Source: Welwitschia mirabilis (taxonomy: Eukaryota). Taken from it: DNA of 44,275 nucleotides. Location: assembly GCA_051453625.1 (NCBI GenBank), contig JBOZIK010000001.1, forward strand, positions 28,586,667 through 28,630,941, written 5' to 3'. Below are positions 1 to 13,700 of this stretch, piece after piece (positions within the stretch are counted from its first letter, which is position 1; each line of letters begins with the position of its first letter). A model generated the notes under the pieces. It worked only from the letters and a program-made list of their open reading frames with translations, did no database searches and had not been told where the DNA came from. The position numbers and the translations under genes were made by a program.

Positions 1-1802
1 ATCTATGATATCCTACTATAAGTACATCAAAGAAAACTTTCCTTAAGATGAGACTTTGATAATGTGATATGATAGATGTGCTGGATCCATTAAGGCATTA
101 GTTGGCTATGTTGTGTGGGTCCTTACTCTTCTGATAATAATTGCACTTTTCTCATCATGGATAAATAACTTTTCATTTAGAGGTTACAGGATTAGTAATG
201 CCCCTAGAGTTATCCGAAGTATTTCTTATTTTCTAAACTTATTTTGCATTACTACTTTCATATGATCATTCCAATTTTTGGATTCTGCTAATATTTTGGA
301 GTTAAACCAATGAGTTCATGTTTGAGTATCTTTTAATCTTGTCATTCATTATTTAAAAACATTAGATAAATTTGATGTCATTATAATCATTACCTATTTA
401 TGTGATACTTTATGAGTTTTACATAATATCATGCATTATTATGTAATGGATTTTATGATTATTATTAAGGATGTTTATTAGGTTCAAATTTATGGTAGGT
501 AAACAATCTTCTTTATGTTATTAATTGTCCATTTTTATTTTGATTTTATTTAGTTATTTTATTTGGCTTTTCAAAGATTTTATTAATACTAACTTTAGTA
601 TAATATTTTGAATTTAATCATTTATTATGTTTTTGTTAATATTACTCATAGTTTTTATCTATAGGAGTTATTTTTTTAAATCACATTTTAATAGATGACA
701 ATGATACTTTCACTTTTGAGTCTTAGATTACTACTTGTACATTCTTATTAAGTTCAAGTACATTTAAGGATTTTTTTGAGCATTGTTTCTTTTTATTTAA
801 TGCATTATTATGGTCCTATCCTTTTCTCCTTGAGTCCTTTCCACATTTGTCTCTTTTCAATATGATTATTATTTTGAGGATGATTCTTTACTTTTAGCCA
901 TCTTCTTGACTTTTTGATTATTTTTTGATGCTTCACTATTTTTACCCTTTCTTATCTAATTTTTCCTAGTCTTTAGTACTTTGGAAAAATCTCCTTTGTT
1001 GATCATCATCCAATGTTTGTCATCTATATCACATGGGAGATGACAACAATCATTTTAGCATGATTGTAATCTAGGATGTATTAGTTCACTTGTGGAAGGT
1101 AGGACATTTTTCTAAGCTACTTGTGAGATATTAAGAAAAACTTTTAACTTTAAAGGATCATTTTTGAGCTTTCATAATTCATACCTATGATGAGATTATA
1201 TAGATATGATTTCATTTTACTTGTATAATTTTCATCATAAACATTATCCAGAAAGATCAGAGTAGCACAATTATATAGATTTCCTACAAGTATGATTCAA
1301 AATGATTAGAAGATCATGGATAAGAGGAGTAATGTTAGGATTACTATTTGAATTTCATCCCTTCTATATTTTTCTTTTAAATTCATTAATTCATTCATAC
1401 ACATCATTTTTAGTTATTGCTACTTTAATTATGCATATGTATTGTTATTTTTTGGATTATCATTATTATAAGTTATGTCATTAGTATAACTTATGATAAT
1501 TATTATTTATGACATTTAATCATTATCTTGTGCTTATGTTATAGGAATGTAACCTTTATTTTGCTTTTACAAGTGTTGTTGTTGCCCTTGTTGTCTAGAT
1601 GACAGGTAGGATGACATATATACTATACATCTTATAGAGGTATTACATTATCTAATTGGTTTTTAATGTTTACTTGTACATGATAAATATTTCTGAACTT
1701 AATTTACATTTTCCCTATTTTCTGGTTATATTGGTCAAATTGGCTTGTAATATTATTGATTGCTTACTTTGTCAAGGACTGATAAGGATAAGTAGAGGGC
1801 TA

Positions 1803-3004
1803 TGTTGTGATGCCAATTTATAGGATTTTGATGGGGTATTTTGAGTACTTTTATAAGATATTTATATAGGTTTAGATGATTTCTAATGTTTATTAAGTAT
1901 CAAGGGAATGTCCATAGAAACACATAATTCTTAGCATATTTAAAGGTATTTTAGGCATTATTTGATACTTACCATTTTGAAAGAAGAATTAATGATTAAA
2001 GGCCTAATTTATCTTAACTTGAAGAGTAAGAAAGTATGTCATCATATGATATAAACTAAATTTATGGGGTAACTATGGGGCTTTAAAATGATGACTCACC
2101 TTTTTTTGTGGAGTGTTATCCTTGGTATTGTCTTCATGATAGATAAAACAACAACTATTTTGTATAAATGAAAGTGAAATATCTTTGTAATGAGGTCATG
2201 TGGCCCATGTGTATTTGTAAATTTTATTCTTTAGCTTCTAGGGTTTCACTTTTAGAACCTCAATGTAAAACTATAAATACCCTCCTTTTCTTTTACTTCC
2301 ATTTTCATCTATTGTATTGGATATTCTTGTGATGGGAGATTAAAGGACAGGATGTTTAACCATAGCTATAAAAAATGGTTTTCCTTGATTTTAGAATATG
2401 TATCATCCATTAAGATGCTACTACTTTGTTTATAAGTGAATGTTAATTCATGATTAATATAAGAACTCTTTTTACTTCTATTGTGTAAACCCCATTATGC
2501 TTTAATTTAATTATGATTGTGTTAAAATTTGATAGTTTATCTCGATCATAAGAGCAACCTTTGCTAAGACTGACATTATTAGTTTAGATCTTGCATTGCA
2601 TTTCATTTTATATCTTTTTTACACTTACATTTATTTACATTCTATTTGGTATATGTTATAAACTATGTTTATTAGGAATAAGTGATAACTCTTCCTAATT
2701 GATTTAGGTTTTAAGAGCAAATTCTTATGACTAAAGGATTGAAATTCAAATAGACTCATTACACTTGCGATTCATCCATTTGCATTCCATTATCATTCAC
2801 CTTGAATTTCATTTGCGTTATTCTTATTTTTATTTACTAAAGGAAAAAGACTAAAAATACTTTGTTAAAATCAATTCTTTAACTTCTATCCTAGCATCTT
2901 TAATGGAGTATGACACTCATATTAACTTATACCTATACTAGTGTGTGTTTTTTTTGAAAGCGTTATTATTTACAAGTTTTGTCTTAGAACTTAAAGATTA
3001 CACA
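1803..3004 (+). repeat. Possible decayed Athila-type LTR
   Basis: Purine-rich aggataagtagaggg then TG at ~1803; ctataaataccc at 2271; ggagtatgacactc..tatacta near the end resembles Athila U5. Boundaries uncertain. Confidence 0.3.
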
Positions 3005-6000
3005 AATTTATAGCACAATAGTAGATAAGTCATTTCTTGTTTTTATAAATGAATCAAGAGAAGGTTTAGGTTGTATTCTCATGGAAAATAGTAAAGTTAT
3101 ATATTATGAATTGTATCAGCTATAGAAGAATTTATTCAATGCATGACCTAGAGTTTGTTGTAATTATGCATGGTTTAAGGATTTAAATACACTATCTCTA
3201 TAGATTAAAACCTAACATGTATACAAATCATTATAGTCTTATATACCTCTAATTCCAAAATGACCTTAATGTTAGGCATCATAGATGAATTGAATTTCTT
3301 AATTGTTATGATTTCAATAATATTTATAATGAAGGATCTCATACTAAAGTACGTAATGCTTGGAGTAGATGATGTTTCTTGAAATGTATAGTGTTTTTCT
3401 ACCCAGAGTGAGTAAAAACGATTTCTCTCTATTATGACATCAAGGTAAATTTTTCATTAAAATAAGGAAGAAATCTTATCATCTCTAGAAGGTAAATATT
3501 TGAATAGGCCTTATTAATCTAATATATTTTTAAAATATAGGGTTATTGCTAGCATTATACATTTTAATTGCTTAAAGTTAAAAATTAGGCTTAAACTAAT
3601 ATTAGTAAATCTTATACATTTTAAGTAAATATGATTATGTAAAATAAATATTTTAAACATAAATATATTGAAAAACATTTGAAAAATGATTATTCAAAAA
3701 GTAATATTATATTTTATTAACTATGTTAATGTCTTACTAATCAACCTAATGTATTTTAGTAGCAATAGAATAAAATTTTTATTTTTTTAGGTTAAAAATG
3801 TGGCAACATGTATGTGAAACTTCTACATGCTTTAAAATTAAGAGTAAAGAAATCCTAGAATTATTAAGAGAAAAGCTTTTAGTTGATAGGGTTGGTCTCT
3901 TCTTTATAGAAAAGGCTAGGAAAAGAGCTAGAAAAAAAAGCATCGAAGGTAGTAACTACTATTAAGCTTAGATCTTAACAAACTATAAGTTAAATTTTGA
4001 AATCTTTCTTGCATTAAGTTATATTTCATAGGATGTTGTAAATTTATATTTCATATTAGTTAGAATTATTTATTATAAAGTATTATTTCATAAAATAGTT
4101 AGTTAAAAGTAAGTGATGATTTCTTTGGGAATATTTAGCTAAGTTAAATAGAGGTTAGTATTTTTAAGAGTTATTTAAATGTAAACTATTTATTCTAAAT
4201 TACGTAACATAGTGTAATTGAATAATATTTAGCTTAGGTAATGTTTTTATTAATAAAATATTTCCTATTATAGATTTATCTAATTAGACATAAATAGGAA
4301 AATTTCTATTTATTTTATATTTATTTCACTTTAAGAGTTTACTCTTGTTTATATATATTAATTAAACTAACTATGTGAACCTTTAAAATCTATATCTATT
4401 TAGTATGAAACAGATTCAACTTTTGATCTTTTTAATTAGGACTTAAAAATGAGATTAAGGATGTTTAAAATGAGAATTTGTTGAGCTTAACTTAATAGAA
4501 ACATTAATAGGTAAATGTTTTAATTTATTTTTTAATAAACTAATAATAAACTTAGGACTGTAGAATCTAAAAATAGAAGGGTTTATGAGTAAGTAAATAA
4601 TGTTAGGATAAATAAACGAATGAGAACTTACCATTATATCAAAGGAAGAAGTTAGATCATTAATGTTACTTTTGGATGTTAAACTATATCTAAATGTTAC
4701 ATTTTAGAGATATTAATCTACAAGACAATGAAGGCATCTACTTCAGAATTATAGATCTTTTAATCTAGATAGGAAGTTTAATATTATTATCTAACATAGT
4801 AAAAATGTAAAACAAGGAAGAGTAAATTGACCATTTATCCAATAACAAGAAGATTAAAGGAATTAAAGAGAAACTATTTTGGGGTGAAAAGCCTTTGAGA
4901 AATCATAGAGTAATAGCAAAAATGATTTAAAAAAAAAACCATTTTAAGAAGTAAAAGTATTTAAAAAAAAATTTGACAAAAACTTTTTTAAAATAAAATA
5001 GTTAAAGGAAAATGTTTGGTATTTCTCAACCTAGGACAATAAACAAACTTTTATCTAATAGTATTTTTAAAGATGTGAATAAGGAAACATAGCTTACAAA
5101 ACTTGTTTCTTTGATTTTAACCCTAATATTGATAAGATATTAATAGTTTTAATTCTAATGTTTGAGTATAAATTATGATGGAAATATATTAATAGTTTTG
5201 AATCTAATGTTTAGGTGGGAATCATAATGGTTGCATTAGAAACACTTTCTCTTTAGGTCACACAAAGCCCATCCTCTCCTAATGTTATTTACCTCCTATC
5301 TTAGGCTACACCTAGAAATAAAATGATTTTTTGAAATATTTATTTTTTAAAAATCCTTTATAACTAGAAAAATACACAAAAACCTAGAAATAAAAAGTAA
5401 AACTTAATAGAAAATGCCCTGAGTTAGTAATCTTATGGTGGGTATTATCCTAGTGGAGATCTGACTACAAGTTGAAGGTCATTCTTGGAGGAGATAGTTA
5501 TATAATAAGTTTGTAGAAAAGGAAAAAAAGTACTTATAGTAATTAAATTAAGAGAAAATACTAAAGAAAAATTCCATCAAGTGAGACCATGAAATGCACA
5601 CTAATTGCTAAAGTCATAAGTCATGTTTTTATCATAAGAGACTCCATTGTGATAGAGTACAAAGGAAATCAACATTAATTTTAGGGCTATGAACATTTCA
5701 AAGGAGGAACAAAAGGTAGCACTTATGTGAAAAGTGAGAAAATAAGAGAAGAGAAAGGGTTTCATAATGATTAGATTTGTAGGGTTTGGGTAATAAGTGC
5801 ATGATGGAGAACTAAGCATTAAGGGAGATGATACTTGACCCATCTACCTTAGGTTTTTAGGTAGTAGGTTCATGGTGGACAAGTGATATTGAGAAAGGTA
5901 ATAGTTGACTTGCATGCCTTAGGTTTAGATAGTAATGCATGGAAGACATGTGTACATCAATGGACATGACACTTGGCTCACATTCCCTATACCAACTTAT

Positions 6001-6365
6001 ATGAGATTTAGGCCATATATACGGATAAGGTAAGTCTTTGAAATAATTGAACATTAGCTAATTAGGAAGGTAAGAAGGATAACATTACTTGGTATGAATT
6101 GTTTAAAAGAATAAAAGGTGAATGTTTAGCTATAGATTCTTTGGTAAAGTAGGGAAATATACCCTCATGCATAGGTATTAGTATTAAACTAAATTCATAT
6201 AAATATATACCCTTATCTTAGTAGATTAGGTACGATGAATATGTATTTAAATAATAAAATAATATNNNNNNNNNNNNNNNNNNNNNNNNNNNNNNNNNNN
6301 NNNNNNNNNNNNNNNNNNNNNNNNNNNNNNNNNNNNNNNNNNNNNNNNNNNNNNNNNNNNNNNNN

Positions 6366-6919
6366 TCTCACAAGTAGGATGGATCTCCTTACCTTCAAAA
6401 ATATCCAATTGTCATAAGAATGTAGATAACAAAGGATGATTTGAATAGGGTATAAAAGGGTCTATTTATAGGTTGGGATAGGTCACTAAAGGGTGTGAAA
6501 TGAAGAGGTACAAGTTAAATAAACCCTTTCATAACAATTTAATTAACTTCACACATTATTTTAAGTGTCGTCCCTTGTGTCCTCCACATGACATATAGGA
6601 TGATAAACCATCTACTAACTAATGCTTTGCACATGTCGAAAAAGCTGGCCGTCATCTCAATTGTCGTCCCAATAACATAGAGGACGACCATACTATCGTT
6701 CCATCTATTATTCCCATGATAGTGAGGACGACAAATATATCTTCATTATTTTGCTTCAATCATTGTTTATCTAAAAATGGCTTCTTATTTGGAGTATTAT
6801 TGCATATTTTATCCTACATAGAAGCTTTCTAGAATTTGCATAAATCCCTGGAAAAACCTATAAATAGTACCTGAAAATATACTTCAAAAGTGCATTAAAT
6901 AGGTTAAGTTGGCATATCA
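6366..6919 (-). repeat. Possible 5' part of an Athila-type LTR on the minus strand
   Basis: Minus strand starts tgatatgccaac; repeated ggacgac/gtcgtcc motifs at 6566-6732; cctataaatagaccc at ~6458-6472. Cut by an N gap. Confidence 0.3.
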
Positions 6920-9900
6920 ACACTAGATAACAGCCAAGGCTACCCAATATGCACCATCATGAGTTGTGTCTGTATCCATGCTTTCTAGAAGTTCATAATC
7001 ATAGGCAGATAAACTTAATATGACTTAAAGTTATTTAACCTTGAATCTATAACTAACTTATCAATAGATCAATTAGTACCCTAAACAAATTAAATTTTTA
7101 TTCACTATTGCCGTATAGAACACTTGAATTAATAACATGATTAGAATGCTGGTCATGACTTGTGATGCCACTAAGTATGATATAAGTATATAATAATAGT
7201 GAATTGATTGAAAGTGAAAAGAATGTCCTTTGAATAAATAAAAATACCCAAGGATGGATATTCAAATTACCCTAGGTAAGAGCCATAATGATATTAGTGC
7301 CATTGATGCTGAACAATCCTAGATGCCATTCAAGGACCATATAGATCTTAGTTTTAACAATTTCCTAGAAGAATATGATCTTATTGTCATTGTGCTTGTT
7401 TTGATTCATAATTATTTTAGGATCATCAAGGGGGCTATTATCATTTACTTCTTATTAGGCTTTAGAATCTTAGTGTAGGATACATTTCTAAACCTTATGC
7501 ACTTTGCCATGAAAAGGACTTCTTTAACATAATGCACTAGTTATCTTTCTTTGTCTATAAAAGGGATTTATATGGCAAAGTAATCCTATGGGAAGACTTT
7601 ATTACTTTACCCTAACCTTTAAAATGCATGATTGACTAACATTAAACTCAAGCTATGCATAATACTGTATCAGTCAATGATTTATTGGTTTTGACTAGAA
7701 ATCATGATAGTATCTTGATGAAAATGATGAACTACAATTCTTCCATCACAGTACCTTTTATTTAAGGCATTACATCCTTTGGACTCCAAGCAGGATTTAT
7801 AGCCACCAGCACTAGTGGATCTTTTGGTCATCAAAGCCTTGTCTCAANNNNNNNNNNNNNNNNNNNNNNNNNNNNNNNNNNNNNNNNNNNNNNNNNNNNN
7901 NNNNNNNNNNNNNNNNNNNNNNNNNNNNNNNNNNNNNNNNNNNNNNNGATTTATAGCCACCCGCACTAGTGGATCTTGTGGTCATCAAAGCCTTGTCTCA
8001 AAATATGCTTTATAATTTCTAGATATAATGAGTACTTATAAGAAGCCCTTGTTGATATGTGCATCATGTGAAATGGCCAAGGCCTCTGATGGAAAAGGCT
8101 TTGAATATAAGTGGATACAATCATTCTTAAGAATATAAGGTCCTTTTTGTAACTTCTATTTTATAATGTCCTCATTGTGTTAGATCTGCNNNNNNNNNNN
8201 NNNNNNNNNNNNNNNNNNNNNNNNNNNNNNNNNNNNNNNNNNNNNNNNNNNNNNNNNNNATTACCTACTAGAATTATCCTATATATATAGTGAGAATTAT
8301 AATATTTGGGGTGGTTAATGATCTTACTAATGAGAAGAGTTGTCCTTCTCTCTTTTTTCTTTTCTATGAAGATTTTATGCCTTAGGTGGAAAATTTGATA
8401 AATAGAAAATCCCTTTAGTCAAGATTTTGTATCATGTTCTAAATTTACAAGAGGGCTGAACTAACACCTCACAAAAGATAAAATTTTTTGAATTGTAGAT
8501 TATCTTGGGAAGAAACGTGTTGAAAACCTTACGATCCTATGTTTCTACAAATTTGTTTTTTTTTTTTTTTGAACCATTATGATTAAGATAATATTTAAGA
8601 AATGTGTAACTAATCTATTCTGAATATTTTAAGACTAAAGGTCAAGGAGGTTGGATTTTCTACAAATTGTAGTAGGACACAACTATTTGTTTTTAAAGCT
8701 CTAACATGGAACCTTTTGATGTTGTAAAGACCATGAAACCGGCTGATAGCATTTCTATAGAAAACCCGGTTTGGTCTAAAACACAAATGAAATCAAATGC
8801 TACAATTAGTATGAATATCCTGAAGGGCAAAAATTTCTGTCATCTAGATTGAAGAAAGTCTCAAATGTTGAAGCTTGTTTAGGTTCCATTCATCTCTGAC
8901 TATTGGCTTACAATAACTGATGCAAAGAAACCATTGTATAAGCTCAAAGGTTACTCCTCCCATTGGGAGTATTACCTCTATAATAGAGAGCCAAAGCACA
9001 TTGATATTGGACTTGCTATCATTGCCACCATTGCCACCATGCCTTGGTACTATATGACTCGATGTAAGAATTTTTTTCTAATGAATATTATATACAAAGA
9101 GTAGAAAAGGCATAAAGGGCAAGGCTTCCTACTTATTCGCATAATTCTACTTAATATTTTCAATGATTTATGAAGCAAAATTATAACTAGCATACTTAAA
9201 AATAGGAAAATGGGAAATAGTAATTGTAAATAATCTTATGAGAACATGATGTACATGTCATGTTAATAAATTTCTTTAGCACTCTCATGTGTTCCTTTCA
9301 AAAAAAAGATTGAAGAGGTTATTTCAATAATTATGGTACTATCAGGGATACAATGCAAAATTAGTGTTATGAAAACAGATAAGAAAACATAGAAGGATTC
9401 TAAAAAAATTCAAAATAGATGATAACTTTAATATAAAATACATTCAACAAAGAAGAAAAAATTTGCATATCACCAAAAATCAAGTAAGATTTTTCATTTT
9501 TAACTTATGGCTTAGAGGACTTGGTGAGAATTCACTATGAAGATTGGGCACTTCCATCTTATCTTTTAAGATCTGAATGATATCAAATACACTTGGTCTT
9601 AAATCTAGATTTCTTTGTAAACACACAAGTGCTAGTGTTATACAGAGCTTTTTCTGTCACCTATCAAAATTCCCATAGAGACTATCACTCATAAGCTAAA
9701 GCATTTACTGGTCTATCAAAGTTATTTCATCCATGAAACCAAGTTCACCTTCTTAAAGGTTTTCATGGGACAATTCTCGACTTCCAATGGTCTTCTACTA
9801 GATATGATAGTTAAACTCAAAACTCTAAAACTATAAATGTCATCCTTTTTTTATGTTAATTTTCATTCTCTATATTTTAGTAGAACATAATAGATGATTC

Positions 9901-10480
9901 CTCTATTGCTTATTATGCTAGTTATGTTTCTACTCATCAAATCACTGCTTCACATATTTATTTCTCTCATGCTTCTATAACTTAGACTTCCTTCTACCTT
10001 CCCTCTATAGAGATGTTTGTTTATGCCTTAGAATCCTCAAAGAATTTATAACTATTCATCAGTTTAAAATGCTTTGATAGCTTTTTCTTATCACTTGATT
10101 TCTTCCACTTTCATTTAAGAAAGCAAAATAAAAAAGGATCCAGAAAAGGGTTTTTAAACTAACACCAGAGCAATTAGACAAAAAACACAAAACCTTCACT
10201 TCTATAAAAGAATACTTACCTAGGTAAAAGAAGTTTCAAAGAATGTTTGTAGTTTGCATTATTACCCCATACCCTTAGTTTGACCATGCACATCCTCTAC
10301 TTCATTTAGATTTATCTATCTATCCATGATTTGTTGAATGAAAAGCACACTTTGACAGAATGAAAAGAGTAACATGAACTTCGATGATAGAAGATTATTT
10401 TAAATCATACAAGCAACTCTTTCAAGGTATTTCTCAACAAACATCATATCTAAAGACATCACTAAAATTATTGAAGAAAT

Positions 10481-10701
10481 AAATGCCTTAAAAACCATGG
10501 GGATTTTAACCCTTTTTATATAATACATGATTTATTATTAAGTCATTCTTAGTATAAACACCTTAAAAACAATTTGTAAGGGCATTTAAGGCGTTTCTTC
10601 AAAAAATGCCTTAAAGATATTTTTATTTACTTCTTTTAAAAAATTCAATAATTAAGATGTTTATTAAAATAAATTCTTTAATAACCTATTTTCTAGCAGT
10701 G
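10481..10701. mobile_element. CACTA (En/Spm) right terminus with subterminal repeats
   Basis: ttttctagcagtg (10689-10701) is the reverse complement of CACTGCTAGAAAA. It is preceded by aaaYRccttaaa motifs in both orientations (~10481, 10557, 10585, 10604, 10653). The matching left TIR was not identified. Confidence 0.65.
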
Positions 10702-13700
10702 ATGATTAGAGGTTACGAAATATCTACCATCTTCTTTTAAAGATAGTGTTTCTTCATGTACTCATGTCTCTTCATATCCCTACATCCTCTTCCTATATGT
10801 AGGTCTTTCTTCTTCTTAGATTTGTATATTTTTGAAAAATCCATTATTATTAAATCTTAGCATATTTAAAACTTGAATCTTGGAAAGCATTAGAGCCTTA
10901 AAAGCATTGAAGTCTTTAAATGTTACATCCAAGTTTGGGTATGATTTTAATTAATTCTCGCATCATTGAGTGGTTCTATTTGTGAAATGTTATATGAATC
11001 TTTATGTATTTCTTATCTATTTTCTTTATTTTTCTTACATTCATCTTACTTTTTAAATTAGGTGTTTATTTACTACTTTCTCAATAAAATTGCCAAATTT
11101 TGAGTAGTAATTCTAGTCATGACTACTAATTTTTATTGTTCTCTTAATCAATTTATTAGAATTTGAATGAGACTATAATCTAAAGATTACTTTTTTTGAG
11201 GAGCTACACTTCGTGATGTATCATATTCTTACTTATTTTTATGATATCTTGAATATTAGTTCCTATGAAAATGAGAAATTCATAGATTTTCAAACGAGGC
11301 ATTAGAATGTAAAAACCCACATATTGCTGAATGAGGCAGTGTAATTAATAGAATCACAAATCAATAAATGAGGAAATGGACTTTATAGATTACAAAATAA
11401 GATAGTAAAGAATGAGAACATGATAAACTCTAGATCACTGAATGAGGTAGTGGATCCCATAGATCATTGAACAAAGCAATGGAGGGAAAAAAATATATAT
11501 GAAGAATTTATAGAAAAACTTGTTATTCTCATATCATTTCTATAATATTATCACTTGGAAATCTTGATTCTCATATTTTCTATCTTAAGACTTAAAATCC
11601 TTTAATATTTATCTTGTCTTGCCTATACCATATTGAAAGATATGAAATTTTCATGATTCTTACTACATATTCTTATCTAAAAAGGTTGAAAAATTGGAGC
11701 TTAATTACTAAAGAGGAAATAATGAAGTGGAGATTATCCTTTTCAGTTTATGTTGTCAAATTATATTGGAGTTATAAACTTATAATCTTATTAATTTTAA
11801 ATTTCTTATCATTGTAATCATTAATGATCTTGAAAATACTTTGAAAAGTTAGATCATGTATGTTTTTAGGATATACCTTCTTGAACTTGTAGTAGAAAAT
11901 CTAATAATTTATCCTTTTTTTGATTTTCTTAACAACACCTTCCATATTCTAATTATAAAACCTTGAATATAACTTGTTATAATAAAAGTAAAATTTATAT
12001 ATTTATTTTATAAATCATAAATATTTCATGCTTCTAATATAATTATCAGAGGTTATCTTAAGTAAAAGACTTTATATTAATTACCATCTCATTACTTTTC
12101 TTATAGTAGGTTACTTCTATAATATGAAAAGAATGATTATTTAAAATGTAAGAATTTATCATGGAGAAGAGGATCATATAAAAATATTATAGAGAATTAT
12201 TACTAAAGGTACCATGATTACTTTAAGAAGGATGGGCTACATGAAATTTATTTTATAACTTAATAATATTTTCAAGGAAAGTAACATTTATGTCATAAAA
12301 AGAAGAAAGAGTTGAACAATGTAGAGGAAGCATTGATAAAACACTAGGCCCACATGATAATTATTTTATATTACATAATAAATTAACATTTAAAAAAGAA
12401 TAATTATTTTGTAATACATAATATAATATTTTACTTTAAAAAGAAATGCATCTTTGTGTGAAGTGTTTTAGAATTAAATCTTAAAACTCCCTCATAACCT
12501 ACAACTTCTTTAACCATTAGGCCAATAGACGACTTATAGTTAGAAAATAATTCACTTAAATGTTAAAAACACTAATATTTTCTTTATAATAATGGCTATC
12601 ATATTAAAAGTAAGGTATTTTGAAACCAAACCTATGATCTTCCATTTCATTAGCAATTGTATTAACCTTTAACCTAAAAGCACTACTGTGAATGAAGATT
12701 AAGAATTAAATATTATAATTCCAATGAATCTACCATCAACATTTTGTAATAAAAAGGCATGTTATGCATTAGATTTTTAAGTACTTTATTTTTACCAGTG
12801 TTTTCAACAAAAATCCATAATACATACCATAGAATTAAAATCTAACTTTCTCAATAAAACTTAACTTCTCCACTTCTTAAAGTATTAAGTCATATCATTT
12901 GATATTTTATTTTCATATCATTGTGCTCTACATATTTTTTAAAATTGTAGTGCTACATCTATTTTTTTGAAAAATGAATATAAGTATAGTCTTAGGAAAA
13001 TAAAACCAAAAAATAAGATGAGAAATAGTAAGGATCTAGATCATGTATTTCTTGATAGTAACACAATTGTACCTTACATTCTTCTTCATCTTTGTCTTGT
13101 TCTTACATAATGATTTCTATGTAGTGCATTCCTCCTCAAGCATGACAAATATATAAGATAACATGGCCATTATGTGAATAAAAAAGAATGTGATGAAAAA
13201 CTAGGCTCTTCTCAAACTTCACTCAAAATAAAATAAAAGAAATATAATTGCTCTAAGGAATAATGGAACACCCCAAAGAAATGCATCATTCACATGTCTC
13301 TCATCTGCAATTTGAACATTTCTTTTATAATCTAGCTAATTGTTGCTTAAGTGTCATGTTTTAGTGGATTTTTCTTCCATGTCACTTACATTTAATCTAT
13401 CAACACAACTATAACATATGATTCCTCCTCTTTATGTAGCATAATACACACATTTTTTTTCCTTTCCTTACTTTAGCATATTTCTTTATTATTAGATAAT
13501 GTTAGGCTTGAGTACTCTATAGCATGGAAGGTCTAGATCTATTATAGACCAACCTTATTACCTCACTACTACTTGAAATAGTTAAAACATACATTGAAAA
13601 ATGATTGGGAAAAAAGCAAGTATTAATCATAAAAGATGTTGCCTATTGATTAACCTACAGTATAATTTCTCAGATTTAAGTTAAGTTTTTACTTAGCTTT

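Noticed and set aside
7795-8001. 54-bp direct repeat on both sides of a 100-N gap
   Set aside because: Near-identical contig ends flanking a placeholder gap; most likely an unmerged overlap or haplotype artefact.
12465-12685. Two faint reverse tRNA/SINE-like segments
   Set aside because: Too degenerate; no cloverleaf or clean A/B boxes.
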